The notes beneath the pieces are model-generated. The model was not told the origin of the DNA and did not search any database. It saw only the letters and a list, made by a program, of their open reading frames with translations. Both the position numbers and the translations under genes were made by a program. This document shows positions 16,053 to 29,679 of a stretch of 64,000 nt of DNA, piece after piece; the first letter of the stretch is position 1, and the number at the start of each line of letters is the position of its first letter. The stretch is from Chrysomallon squamiferum (lineage: Eukaryota; Animalia; Mollusca): the NCBI GenBank assembly GCA_012295275.1, contig CM022678.1, positions 2,728,001 to 2,792,000 of the forward strand, read 5' to 3'.

Positions 16053-18265
16053 CATTTTCATCAATTTCTCCACTAACTTTACTACTCAGCTGTGTCAGAA
16101 TGAGAGCAGCGTTAATTCAGGATTATAATTATACTTTTATAGTATTTATAGTATCGATAATACAGAACGATGTTACATACACTTTTACATGCTTTTAATT
16201 AATTAAAAACAAACTTACATAGTATTTGTTGACAGTGGTACTTCTCCGATGTATTCCATGTTTCGTATATTAAATAAACACTGAAATCTAAAAGAACATC
16301 AAATTAGTGAAAACTAATAAAATGAACATTTCCGACATGTTAGTTAACGCCCCATACGTCACAAATTCATTTAGAATTATCTCCCCTGTCACAAGAGGGA
16401 GAATAAAGAGAACTTTAGGAAGCTCAGTGTAAATATCTGAAAGCACGGTGGTGGGAAATTCACAGAGGTGTTGTGGATGTTGTGGATGTTGGGGTCAGTG
16501 GATCTACCTGAATCAGGCCATGGAGGATTACGATGTTAAGGAAGATGAATGGAAAGATGTGAAATCTTTAAGTGTTGCATAATATAAACACACACACACA
16601 CACATACACACATAAGTACATACAAACACGTACATACTTAGATATATACATACATACATACATACACGTTTGTATGTGAGTGTGTGTATATACACTCAAA
16701 CATAAAGAAACATACAGTAACACAGACACGCATACAAACATTCATATATCCAGACAACTGTACATACACATACATTTTTGTTTAATATAAATGAATGATA
16801 TCAGTTATGTGTCTACATATACGTACGCATGATATGTGCTAATTGTATTTTGTTTATGTTTATATCGAAATTTATGTGCGTGTAAAAATTGTCAATTTCA
16901 TTTTGACATATATATATATATTCTGAAAGATTAACAAAATAGATCAATGTAAAAATATGAAAACATTGTGTTTGAGTGTCTTCTAAAAACATATCTCTAC
17001 AGACTTTTGTTTAAACCCAGTACAACGCTCCAAAAGCAGAATTTGTATTTGTTGCAGTTATCAGTTTAGTTTCTCAACATTGTGTGCGTGATAATTTTAA
17101 TTATAAAAAGTGGATTAAAGCCTGGTAGGCACAAATTATTTAATTAGAAATTCATACTCTATAATATTTACTTTTATAATGTTTACAATAATAAACAGGT
17201 TTATTTTACACGGGTTTGTTCTTTTTTATCTGTTATAAGAACTCATCAAAGTGTTGAGAGTATTTTTGTGGTTCTGTCTTCTAAGAAAAAATTAGGTGTG
17301 TCTGTGGGTGTGTGTGTAGTGTGTTAACCTGTGTATCCAAAATATACATTTTTAGCCAAAGTGGGCGTGACCACCAACCTTTGAACCCTCATATCTCAGG
17401 AACTACTGGGCCAGTCTTCATAAAATTGGTATTGTTGAAAAGGCAATATGACAAGGATTCGAAATCATTGTTCATTTTGGAAAATGTTGGGTACGCTGAC
17501 CATTAGACCTTTGTTCTAACCAGTGAAAATGACCTTGTGCATCACTTGACCTTTAGATGACCTTTATTGAAAGTTAATCTTCCACATGCTAACTAAAACA
17601 TATAAAAGTTTCAGAGTTGTAATCTTTTTTGTTTAGCAACAATACAGATTTAAAAAATGCATTCCTGCACGGATGATTGATACAGTGCATTACAATGTAC
17701 ATTTTCTACATGTATACACTTCTCTGAGACCAAAAACTCATCTTTGGAGTCAAAACCCACCTGACATGTTTGAAGGAATGCCTGAAGGATTAGAAAAGAT
17801 TCCAGATGTTCCTAACTATTTCTACCAGTACTACATCTACTACTGACACTATTATCAGTGATGCTACAGTAGTAGTTGTTATAATAGCAGTACTAGAAGT
17901 AACTCCAACTCGACTCCAGTTATTACCAGCACCTCCACTACTAGTACGACTACTACTACTACTGCTACTACTACTACTACTAATACTAATACTACCATCA
18001 CCACAACCACTGGTATTACGTCTACAACGACCAATACTTCTACCATTACTACTTTTATTATTAGAACAACCACTACACCATTATATCAACAACTACTACA
18101 ATAGCTATTTCTTATTTTGCTACTTCTACTGACACTACTTATTCTGTTACTAGCACTATAATTAGTCCTACCACATGTTCTAGTACTACTAATTATACTA
18201 ACACTCCCTCTACATTACCATTATATCTCCTACTACTTATTACCACCACTACTACTACTTCCTCT

Positions 18266-18850
18266 TTGCAGCGTCCCAACACAGACCCAGTCCTGACCAG
18301 TGAGGCTATCATGGACTTCTGCATCAAGAGTATTCCAGGAATTCACTTTTTCGACATCACACCAGAACGCATAGCAGAACATGAGTTGGAACTCCAAGGG
18401 AGGTTTCAAGTGGCCAAAACAGTCAACGGAACACAGCAATTTCATCAGGTGTTCCTGAGCCTGCAGAGTGTCCCACTAGAACTAGTATCTGTCCAGGATT
18501 CTGAGGATGATATGACAGAGTTACCACAGGTGCCTTCTATTGAAGCTAGGAAGCAAAACTATGTTTGTTGTCTGTATGACAATGAGGCATGGGTTGGGCT
18601 AGTTGAGGACATTTCAGAAGAGCACGGAGAGTTCTTTATTGGTTTCGTGCACCCTCACGGACCTTCTAAGTTATTTCACTGACCAAACAAAGAAGACACT
18701 TGTTCGATTACAGAAAGGGACATCTTCTGTGTCATTGATACACCTTCTGTTGCATGTTCTCGACGGATGTACGGTCTGAGTAAAAAGGATGATGCTAGAA
18801 CTGCAAGACTATGGGGGAAGTGGGTGACTGAATGATTTTGTGACTGCTGA
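18266..18850 (+). mobile_element. Second, 5'-truncated copy of the transposase fragment
   Basis: LQRPNTDPVLTSE..YVCCLYDNEAWVGLVED..HPHGPS; paralogous to 5716-6300. Confidence 0.6.
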
Positions 18851-20027
18851 ACTGGTGACAAGGGAATGAGGGAAGTAGTCTGATATCATATGATCATACA
18901 TGTAGGCCTGCATTCTCTAACTCTGTGATCAAGAGAGATGATGATACCTAGTATCAGGAATTGGTCATTCAGGTTTTAGGTAATCAGATGTTAATGGCAG
19001 ATAATGTGTTATTTTCATGGACATGCTAAACATATATGCATACACGCATACATACACACATACATACATACATGCTTTCTTTTCTACCAAAGAGTAAAAT
19101 AAATACAGAAAATTTTATTAAAATGTAAAAGTAAACGATTCAAATATAACCAAAGAATTCTTGTCGGTGATTTTATGATGTGGGGGGGGGGGTCGTGGGT
19201 TTCTTCTTGTAGCGTGTAAGTACTTGTTAGGTACCAGCGAACACGAACTGTAAAACAAAAATTATTCTTAAATTAGTACTCTAGCCGGAATCGATGGGAG
19301 AAAAAAAAAAGGAAAAAAAGAGGAAGAAACAAAACGGTAGAGATCTGTCTTTGTCGTGCAACCAGTGATATTCATTCACTGTATCAGGGGTGGGCAAAAA
19401 AATATTGTGTATGTATGCATTTTTATGTGATTTTATTTATGTATGTTAGGTATGTTTCTCTTTAGACGTGTATTTATAGATTCATATATGTGTATGTGAA
19501 TGCATATTTATGTATGTCAGCATGCGTTTGTGTCTATGTATGTTTCTATATCTGTATGTGTGAATGTATGTGTATGTGTCTGTGTGTGTGTGAGTGTGTG
19601 TTTGTGTGTGTATGTATGTATGTATTCACATAGGCAATATTCAGGAACACACTAGCACTGGTAGGCTGGGAAGAAGGCATGTATGTGTATGTGTATGTGT
19701 ATGTATATGTGTATGTATGTACGTATCATAGTAATTATTTCGTCTTATTTCAAACAGAAATGAGAAGTTAAACATCCTTAAAACTAACTAGATGTTTACT
19801 TGAAAAGAAAAAGAAAAAACATTTCGTGACAACTTCATATGTGCCTATATACGGGATGGGGTGGTGATCGACGTTTCGCCGTAATCCCATAAACAGTTTT
19901 CGAAAAATTCGACTTGAAGCAGCGCAATGTAAAATTCAAATGTCGCGGGCGAACTTGTTTGTGAGCGCGGAGGAAGAATACGCAGTTATGCGAGGCAGGC
20001 AAACAGTTTCTCAGAGATCTAGAGAAA

Positions 20028-20615
20028 AGAAAGTGTGTGTGTGAATGTAAGTGTATGTCAGGCTGAGGGTAGTAGAAAGTGTGTGTGTGAATGTAAGTGT
20101 GTGTCAGGCTGAGAGTAGTAGAAAGTGTGTGTGTGTGTGAATGTAAGTGTGTGTCAGGCTAAGGGTAGTAGAAAGTGTGTGTGTGAATGTAAGTGTGTGT
20201 CAGGCTGAGGGTAGTAGAAAGTGTGTGTGTGTGTGTGAATGTAAGTGTGTGTCAGGCTGAGGGTAGTAGAAAGTGTGTGTGTCAGGCTGAGGGTAGTAGA
20301 AAGTGTGTGCGTGTGTGAATGTAAGTGTGTGTCAGGCTGAGGGTAGTAGAAAGTGTGTGTGTGAATGTAAGTGTGTGTCAGGCTGAGGGTAGTAGAAAGT
20401 GTGTGTGTGAATTTAAGTGTGTGTCAGTCTGAGGGTAGTAGAAAGTGTGTGTGTGTGAATGTAAGTGTGTGTCAGGCTGAGGGTAGTAGAAAGTGTGTGT
20501 GTGAATGTAAGTGTGTGTCAGGCTGAGGGTAGTAGAAAGTGTGTGTGTGAATGTAAGTGTGTGTCAGGCTGAGGGTAGTAGAAAGTGTGTGTGTGTGTGA
20601 ATGTAAGTGTGTGTC
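20028..20615. repeat. Short copy of the TG-rich minisatellite
   Basis: Same unit as 7957-10986, about 0.6 kb. Confidence 0.95.
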
Positions 20616-20679
20616 TGGTTGTTCTCGAGGGGCGAAACCACTCATAAAACCGGATATTTTGAAGAAAAGTAGTTCATGA

Positions 20680-20935
20680 TTTGGCGCGAAAAATCTGATT
20701 GGTCTGTTTTGTTGAATCTCGTTTATGTTATTTAGGGCACAACGATAAAATGAATAAAATAATGTAATTAAACGCTACATGCTGTTTTACAAGTGCATTA
20801 TTAAAACAAAGTATACAAGTAAAATCATAAATAAATTTTGTAGCCATATCGTATTTTATATTTTTATCTTTTTAAAACCTGATTTCCCGGAAGTTTTTCT
20901 TTCGGGGAATTCCAGAAAAATTTCCTTTCTGTTTC
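20680..20935 (+). promoter_or_regulatory. Putative immune-inducible promoter of gene C (GAS, NF-kB, ISRE)
   Basis: TTCCCGGAA 20884-20892 (canonical STAT/GAS site); GGGGAATTCC 20904-20913; TTTCCTTTCTGTTTC 20921-20935 (GAAACAGAAAGGAAA on the minus strand); E2F-like and CCAAT motifs at about 20680-20703. Confidence 0.6.
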
Positions 20936-22448
20936 GAGAGTTTGTCGTACAGGGTACAGATAAAACAGATGAAGTTTGAATTTTATTTTGTTTCCATTCG
21001 TTCTTAAGGTATTAACTTTGATTACTTAAATTAATTATTAGTTAATGATTAATTACTTCGATCACGTTTGTAACTTAGTTGTTTGTTTGTGGTTCGTATT
21101 TCTTTCGTCTCATCAAAGAAGTCAGGTATTGCGTTTCAGATTTGAAAATGTTGCATGTCGGGACTCGTTTACACACCTTCATTTATTAAATTTTGTTATG
21201 ATTATTAATTTTCACTCGTTCAGTGTGTTTTGTTTAACTTCCCTGGAGTCCGTAGACAAACGCCTTACATGTACGTGCAGACAGCAAATATTGTAAAAGA
21301 AAATCGAGAAAATGCAGCAAAATAAAATGTGGTTATTTGTGTACCATGTAGAAATTCCATAATAATTTTATATAATGGAGTTGATTTAGGTAGGATTTTG
21401 ATGATTTATTGATATTTGTATTTTTTTTAAGGAAAATTATCATAGTAATAATAATAATATATTTATGCATTATATCAAAAATAAATAAATAATAATGATA
21501 TTATTATACTACTAATAAGAAACATTACATGTATACTTAGACCCAAAATAAATGACAGAACAAACTATAAATAAAAGACAAACAACAAAACAAACAACAA
21601 AAAAAACCTCAACAGTTCCCCTCAAAATACATTCCCAGTTTTAGTTTTGGATAAATTCACTTAATAAAAAATTAATTAGTCTTGTTTGTTAGGAAACACA
21701 CACACACAGACACACACAAACACACACACTGCCATGCACAATTTATATACATAGTCATGTAAAAGGCTCACTAACACTTGTATCTGTACATTTCAATGTG
21801 TGTACATACATTCATACATTAATGTATAAATAGATAGATGCACACACATGTATATACCTTCATATCAACACATACATACAGACAGACACAAATACACACA
21901 GACATATACATACAAACATATCGCACATACATGGATTCAAATTCATATAAACATACAAACTCATAACAATGTGTAACTGAAACAGAATGATAGAAGCAGA
22001 GAGAAAGATTGTTTTTTAGTTTTACAGAATTGGAAATGTTTCTTATTTTTACATGATTTGAAATGTTTTTATTTTTACATTTTGAAATTTTTTTTTTTTA
22101 CAGAAATTTTTCTTATTCTTACATGATTTGAAATGTTTTTTATTTTTACTTTTCAAATGTTTTTTATTTTTACATAATTTGATTTTTTACATGATTTGAA
22201 ATGTTTTTTTTTTTTACATTTTCAAATGTTTTTATTTTTACATTTTGAAATTTTTTCTTATTTTTGAAATGTTTTTATTTTAATTTTCAAATGTTTTTTA
22301 TTTTCAAATTTGAAATTTTTTTTCTTATTCACTGTTTTTACATGATTTTTTATTTTACATTTAAATTTTCTTATTTTTACCTAATTTGAAATGTTTTTTA
22401 TTTTCAAATCTCACTGTTAATTGTTTAATTTACAGAGTCAGTGAAACC

Positions 22449-22866
22449 ATGGCACAAAGTTTTCCATCAAGAGAGAAAAATAAAACAGAAGTGTTTACAC
22501 TGCCCGGTGGTTTGGAGGTTTCAGTTGTTAAAGATGATGTGAGGTCTGTGTCTGCTAAATGTTTTGTTACTTATGAAAACCCAGATCTCTACCCAATGAG
22601 TGACACTTTAACACAAATCTTAGCCTGTGTTGGTGTTGGGCCCGAAGAGTGGAGGGAGACCATTAAGAATTTGTACAGACATCTGGATGTGAATGAAGTA
22701 TTTGGAGCATTTTCTCCTGGTTCACTGGTGTATTATATTTTTCATGTTATCATTGACTTACACCATCCGTCAAAAATAAACTTACTTGAACTGTATAACA
22801 AAGTGCTGAGAAAAGCTGATGAAAAAATGTTTATAACATCTCTTGCCTTGCCAGTTCTTTCCAGAG
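22449..22866 (+). CDS. Gene C exon 1: macrodomain 1 N-half
   Basis: [22 protein letters not shown]...YYIFHVII...[10 protein letters not shown]; donor AGAG|GTAACT. Confidence 0.8.
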
Positions 22867-25800
22867 GTAACTATGTAAAACTATATCATTTATGTATAAA
22901 TCTTGCTTTAACCAAATAATCAGATATGCAGTGTATGACCATTTTTCAGTGTGATAGTTATGTAAAATATTTTGAGTCTTTTTTAACATTCCATTTTTAA
23001 TCTGTTACATTAGTACCACTGCTACTGGGTCAGTGACAGATGAATTGGTTTTTAATAGTTTTTTTTTATAAAGAACAAAACCCTCAAACAAATACAAAAA
23101 ACAAAAATAAAAAAATAAATTTCAAAATTTATATATTGTGAAAAATATTAATTCTGAATGCACATTTCAAAAATAAGACAAGCAAATTATATTTTGGGGA
23201 ATGAAATAATTAAAACTAGATATCCCACAATTTGAGAAAGTTTATTTACAACCTTTTCATATTAGCATTCTGCATTTCTTCTATGGTTGAAACTGGTTTT
23301 ATCATTCTAACTCACATTTCTAATTATGAGACTAAACATGCTGAATTTCAATGAAAGATGAGACTAAAGATGAAATCTTACAAATCATCATCCCAGTGTA
23401 AATGATCTGTTAAACAAATCCTTCAAGACCTCCTTTAAAGTTAGAAACGAATTTTAGTTCAGTATTAAAATGTCATGTTGCTTTATTACTTGTACTATTT
23501 TCTAAAATACAGTTTATACAATACTGCAATCATTATTATTTGTAATAATTACTAAAATACAATTTATACAATACTGCAATCATTATTATTTGTAATATTT
23601 TTTAAAAATACTATTTGTTATTTGTAATATTTACTAAAATACAATTTATACAATACTGTAATCATTATTATTTGTAATATTTTCTAAAATACTATTTGTG
23701 CACAACTGTAATCATTATTATTTGTAATATTTACTAAAATACAGTTTTTGCAATACTGCAATCATTATTATTTGATAATACTTTATTAAAACATATTTTA
23801 AAAACATTTAATATCACAAATTCCACTGGGGATGGATTTTCATGGCATCATCAAAAGGTGTTGATAAAATAAAGAGTCTGGTAACCCATGGGAATGACAC
23901 ACATTTCAGATACAGGGAAACACACGGCATAGTGTTAGATACATTTAGATAAATTTAGATAAGTTTAGATAAGTTTAGATAAATGTGGTATGAAGAGAGA
24001 AACTGAGTTCACCTACACAGTGTTTTAAATAAAGTTTTAGTAAAATGTTACAGTTCCCAATAGTAAAAATTAAAAAATGTTTTATTTGTCATCTCTAGGA
24101 TTGTTTTTATTTTACACTTTACAGTACACTAGCCATGTTTCTTCTCACTTATATAAACTTGTGTGCTTAAAAAATCTAGCAAATATGTTTTTTAATTATG
24201 TTAATTCAGCATTTGTGAAAACATTTTATTCAACATTTGTTTGTTATCTTAATTCATTAGATAATGATATAAGGTAGTAAATGTTTGGGTTGTTTTAATT
24301 CAAAATATTCTGCATATTATTTACTATTTATTATTTTAATTATTTTAATTCAAACAACAACTTATCTAATACTTATCTAATACTTATCTAATACTTATTT
24401 AATACTTATTTTGAGTTACCTCATCTGCAATGTTATTCAATAAAACACAAAATGTTTATTTTGAATTATTCTTATATAATTGTTTCAGAGACGTACAGCC
24501 CACGCGACAACCTGAAAACACTGATGACATGTTTAAGGAATTTCAAACCAAAATGGCTGAAACACATTTACGTGGTTACACCAAGTTCAAACTCATTTCA
24601 TGATACGTGTTCTTCTGCTGGAGAATATTTGATTTCTGAAAACTTGAATTATACTGGAGCGTCTGAGACAGAATATAAAAATCCACAGATGTACAGTGGC
24701 AGGTGGTCTGTTGGTATGTTCAGTGTTTGTTTGTCTGTGCCTTCTCTTAATGCATATTTATGATAAAAAATGTTGTTATAATAGCTTAGTTTTTAATTTA
24801 GAAGAAAAATTAATATTTTGAATGCATATTTTATTATACGTTTACTTATCTTTTGTTTTTATTTAATTATTTGTGTAGAATCTGTTGGTTTGTTTATTTG
24901 TTTTTTGTTTTTCATTAATTAATTTATTTATTTATATATTTTTATTCATGAGTTACTAACTTTCTGTACTGCCATTAATCTCTTTCAAACTTAACACATC
25001 CTGTTTTGAAAATGGTTCTCTCTCACATTACATTTCATCTTTCTTGCAGATTCTGCTGGGTATGAAAACACACAAACTTCAGAACATGACAAAATGACAA
25101 AAACTGAAATCTTTGATTCTGGAGCAAATTTAAAAATTGTCATTTCTCAAGGTGACATTTTCAAATCAGGCACAGAGGCACTAGTTACAGGAGAAAACTT
25201 CTGGCTTTACCCAGTGAGCCAAGAATGTCAGACTCTCTGTAGGATGAAGGGGATGTCAACTTATGACTGGAAATCACGTCTGAAAACAAAATACGATATT
25301 TATGAAACTGAAGTTTGTGCTTTTTCAAAACATGTTTTCCATGCCATTGTTCCACATTATTATGATTATTATAATTATGACTTTAGAAAATGGTTAGAGT
25401 TGATGCAGATTTTGTACGAGAATGTTGTAAAAAAGGCTGATTATTATTCTGTTACTTCAGTAGCCATGCCTCTTCTCAAAGCTGGTACGTACACATGTTC
25501 TTTATCTTTCAAAACATTTATAAAAACTGTAATTAATTTACTATTTTCAATTATTAATAAAATTATACTAAGAATAAACTCATTTGTTGTTTATTAGAAA
25601 ATTAAAATAAAAAATAAAAGTGAAATAACCAATTCAGGACAGAATCTGTAGTAAAATTCTTTTGAAAAATATATATTTTTAATCATGTTCAATTTAAATG
25701 TCAGTATTTTTTGTTATCTTAAAACATGAATTTAATTAACTACAAAATGTTCAGATGTCCACAACTTGTGAAAAATTGTTAGTTTTCAGTTATGTATTTA

Positions 25801-27991
25801 TATAGATGTCATAAATTCAAGTACTTCATTTATTTATTTAATTTATTTATTTTTTTAAATTTATTTATTTGTCATATTTTATTTATATATACTGTGCCAA
25901 ACAAGTTTAGCAATTACATACAAGGTGTAAAATACAGACAACCTGTACACATTATTTCACTGATACAGTATTTTTCTGATTGTTGGAGTTGTGATATAGT
26001 ACTGTCAGAACACGAAAGTGCTGAGCGACGTTGTGTACTAAGCAGATGTTAATAAGTTTGGCCAAAGTTCAAGCATTGACAGACATTCACTGAACTGATT
26101 TGTTCTCCATTAAGCCTGGATGGTGACCCATTACAACAAGATACATTTATTCTTTCATTTTCGTATAACGTTGGTTCAGTGCATGATTTAAGTACATCCC
26201 TACTGCACGCGCTTCTGCACATGTAGTACACATGGCTGCGTGCGATATGACAAAAGGTCTTCCTTTCAATACCAACTAACACTTTTACCAAGTTTTATCA
26301 CTCTATTTTAATTTATTTGGAAGCAACAGTCATTTACAAAAACTTGCTAAACTTTTTTGGTTCAGTATATTTCAGTAAGTACTAAGTATTTTTTATTTTA
26401 CTTTATTATTATTTTTTTTAATTTTTATTATTATTATTTTTTTTATTATTTTTTTTATTATTATTATTTAAACTACATATCAACAATTAACTACAAAAGC
26501 TCTCGATTCAGATAAAGTTCCACTAGGACACGCTGTTGATGCTGCAGTGCAGAGTTTAGTCAAAGTGACGTCACGACATCTGACAGACATTCACATTGTT
26601 GTAACTGAAGACAATGTTTTTCAAAAGTTAGTCAGCTCTTGTCAAAGAGAATTAAAACCAGCACAAAAATCTGATTTCCTGAATACAACAAAACACTATG
26701 TGGGAACAGTAAAGGACACAGACGGTACAACAAGGATTATTCATGGTACAACAGAGGATACTGAGGGTACAAGAGGAAGCTTTCAGAATACAACTGAGGA
26801 TACTGTGGGTACAAGAGGGAGCTTTCAGAATACAACAAACGATACTGTGGGTACAAGAGGAAGCTTTCAGAATACAACTGAGGATACTGTGGGTACAAGA
26901 GGGAGCTTTCAGAATACAACTGAGGATACTGTGGGTACAAGAAATAAGAATAATTTTGAGGATTTGTGGGTACAAGAGGGAGCTTTCAGAATACAACTGA
27001 GGATACTGTGGGTACAAGAGGGATTTTTCTATAACCTGAGGATACTGAGGGTAAAGAGGGAGCTTTAGAATCAATTTGTCTATGGAAAGAGGGAACTTTA
27101 TAATCAACTTGGATACTGTGGGTAAAAGAGGGACTTTTCATATCTATTTATCTATAGAAATAGGGAACTTTCAGAATCAATTTGTCTGTACAAAAGGGAG
27201 CTTTTAGAATCTACTGATTTGTCAATAAGGAAATTTCAGAATAAACTGAGGATTTGGGTACATAGGGATTTTTCAGAATCAAATTTGGGTAAAGAAAGAG
27301 CTTTCAGAATACATTCTAGGATACTGAGGGTACAAGAAAGTTTCAGAATATAACAAACGTATTTGAAGGAGCAGAATACAACCGATGAAACTGAGGGTAT
27401 CTAAAGGAGCATTCAAGGTACAAATAAAAGATGTAGATGAAGAAAACCAATAATTAACCCAGAACAGGAAACAACAGTCAGCATGTCTGTAAGTTTATAT
27501 TTAGTAATTGTCTCTACAGAAATAAGTAATTTTGTATTTAGTACTTTTCTATAGAAATAAGTAATTTTATATCTTCTATTTCACTATAGAAATAGTAACA
27601 TTATATCTAATATTTGTCTACAGAAATAAGTAACATTATATGTAGTATTAGTCTATAGGAATAAATACTTTTATATCTACTATTTGTCAATAGAAATAAG
27701 TAACTTTATATGTAGCAGTTATTTGATTTAAGACTGTTTATATTATCTTGTATTTGTCTACAGAAATAAGTATGCCATCCTGAATAAACTCTATGTTTAT
27801 GAGAATTAAGTAAAAAAAGACATTCTAGTATAGTTCTACTGAATTAACTAAATTTATAGGTATGAATTAGTCTCAGTGGTTTATCAAACATGGTGTTTTG
27901 TGTATTAGTGTGTCCTTCTAAAATATCCTTTCTTGTTACAACAACTTTCAACTTAAGTTTTTTTTTCATTTGCAATGATTCTTAAAAGCTA

Positions 27992-28050
<59 letters not shown>

Positions 28051-29437
28051 ATTTTTGTTTAATTGTCAGACATTTCAGTGACTAGCAACGGTAACCTCGA
28101 CATGTCAAGGTCATCACAAGGTCAGGAAGCACAGACGAAGTTCACAACCAAGTGTGGACTGGATGTTGTTGTTTCTTGTGCTGATATATTTGAGTCTGGT
28201 GCCGAGGCTTTGGTTACCAGTGAGTCTCTGGGTTTCTCTAATCCAAGTGTTGTAACTAAACAGTACTTAGAGAAAGAGGGAATAACTGAAGAAAAGTGGA
28301 AAAAGAGTTTGAAAGATGGGTATGGAGGTACTGAATGGTGGAAACTCTATGAAGCAGGACAACCCCAAAAAGTAAAATTCAAACATGTTTTTCATGCGGT
28401 TTTTCGAAGTTACACCAATGATTATTCCTGGAGTTTGGATGTAAAACAAGTGTTTGAAAATACTGAGAGAAAAGCAAGAGAAAAAGGATTAACTTCCATA
28501 GCAATGCCAATTTTTAAACGTGGTAAGTAAAGATCATTTGTTTTGTTTTGTTTGTAAATATGACATATCAGTATGGTATTTACTTATTTAGTTCTAGTAT
28601 GATATTTATTTATTTGTTAGTTTGTTTGTTTGTTTAATTATCTTTATTGTTAATTATTTATTTATTTTTAATTTTATTTAAATTTTTTATTTTTTTTATT
28701 TATTTTTTATCATCATTTAAAATCATTTTGTATATTTGTTTTCAATATCATATAGTAATAGTGTTACCACTGTTTGTTCATTGAAAAGAGAACTGTTAAA
28801 ACAGTTAAGATAAAGTTTCAAATTTACAACAAAACAAAAATGACAAAGAAAATTTAAATACAGATAATTGATACATTGATGATTTTTAGACAGAGTAGAA
28901 GAAGATGTAGCAATACAGACAGTAATTAAGTGTCTGAGCAGTCTACAAACATCATCCTCACTTAAAACAATCAACATTGTGACATCAAGACCAGACAAAT
29001 TTCAAAAGATTTGTGAGGCCTGCTTGAAAACACTTTCTCTGAAGAATGAAAATATTGGTGTTGGTGCCAAACCTAAAACCAGTACATCAAGATCCAGCTC
29101 CAGACATGCATCAAGTGTCACCAATTCTGCATCAAGTGTCAAATGCAGTGACAATGTCACTAATTTTGTAACAAATGTCACATGGACTGACAGTGTCACT
29201 AATTCTGCATCCAGTGTCACATCCAGTGACAGTGTCACTAAATCTGCATCAAGTATGATAAAAAGAGGAAATAGTGTCACAGCAGATGGATCTAGTTTTG
29301 TCTCAAGTACAAGTAGAGTTACCATGGATGGATCCAGGCTTGCAAGAAATGGATCAGGTGAGTCACACTGGAAAATGTGTTTTTATTTCTGTGTGTCTGT
29401 GTTTCTATCTGTATTTCTGTCTGTTTGTCTTTGAGGA

Positions 29438-29472
<35 letters not shown>

Positions 29473-29616
29473 TGGTGTGTGTTACAGGTATGACTTTGTG
29501 TTGGTGTTTTATTAATGGCTATGATTTACTGTGTATGAGGAGGTTCTTCTAAAAGATCCTTTCCTGCTAATAATGTTCAACATGATTTTGTTGTCTTATT
29601 GGTATGTTTCTTATTA

Positions 29617-29679
<63 letters not shown>

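Larger units (their letters stand above)
16053..21347 (+). repeat. Segmental duplication copy 2 (downstream of B through promoter/5' region of C)
   Basis: Colinear with 3370-12394, with internal deletions and a shorter minisatellite. Confidence 0.9.
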
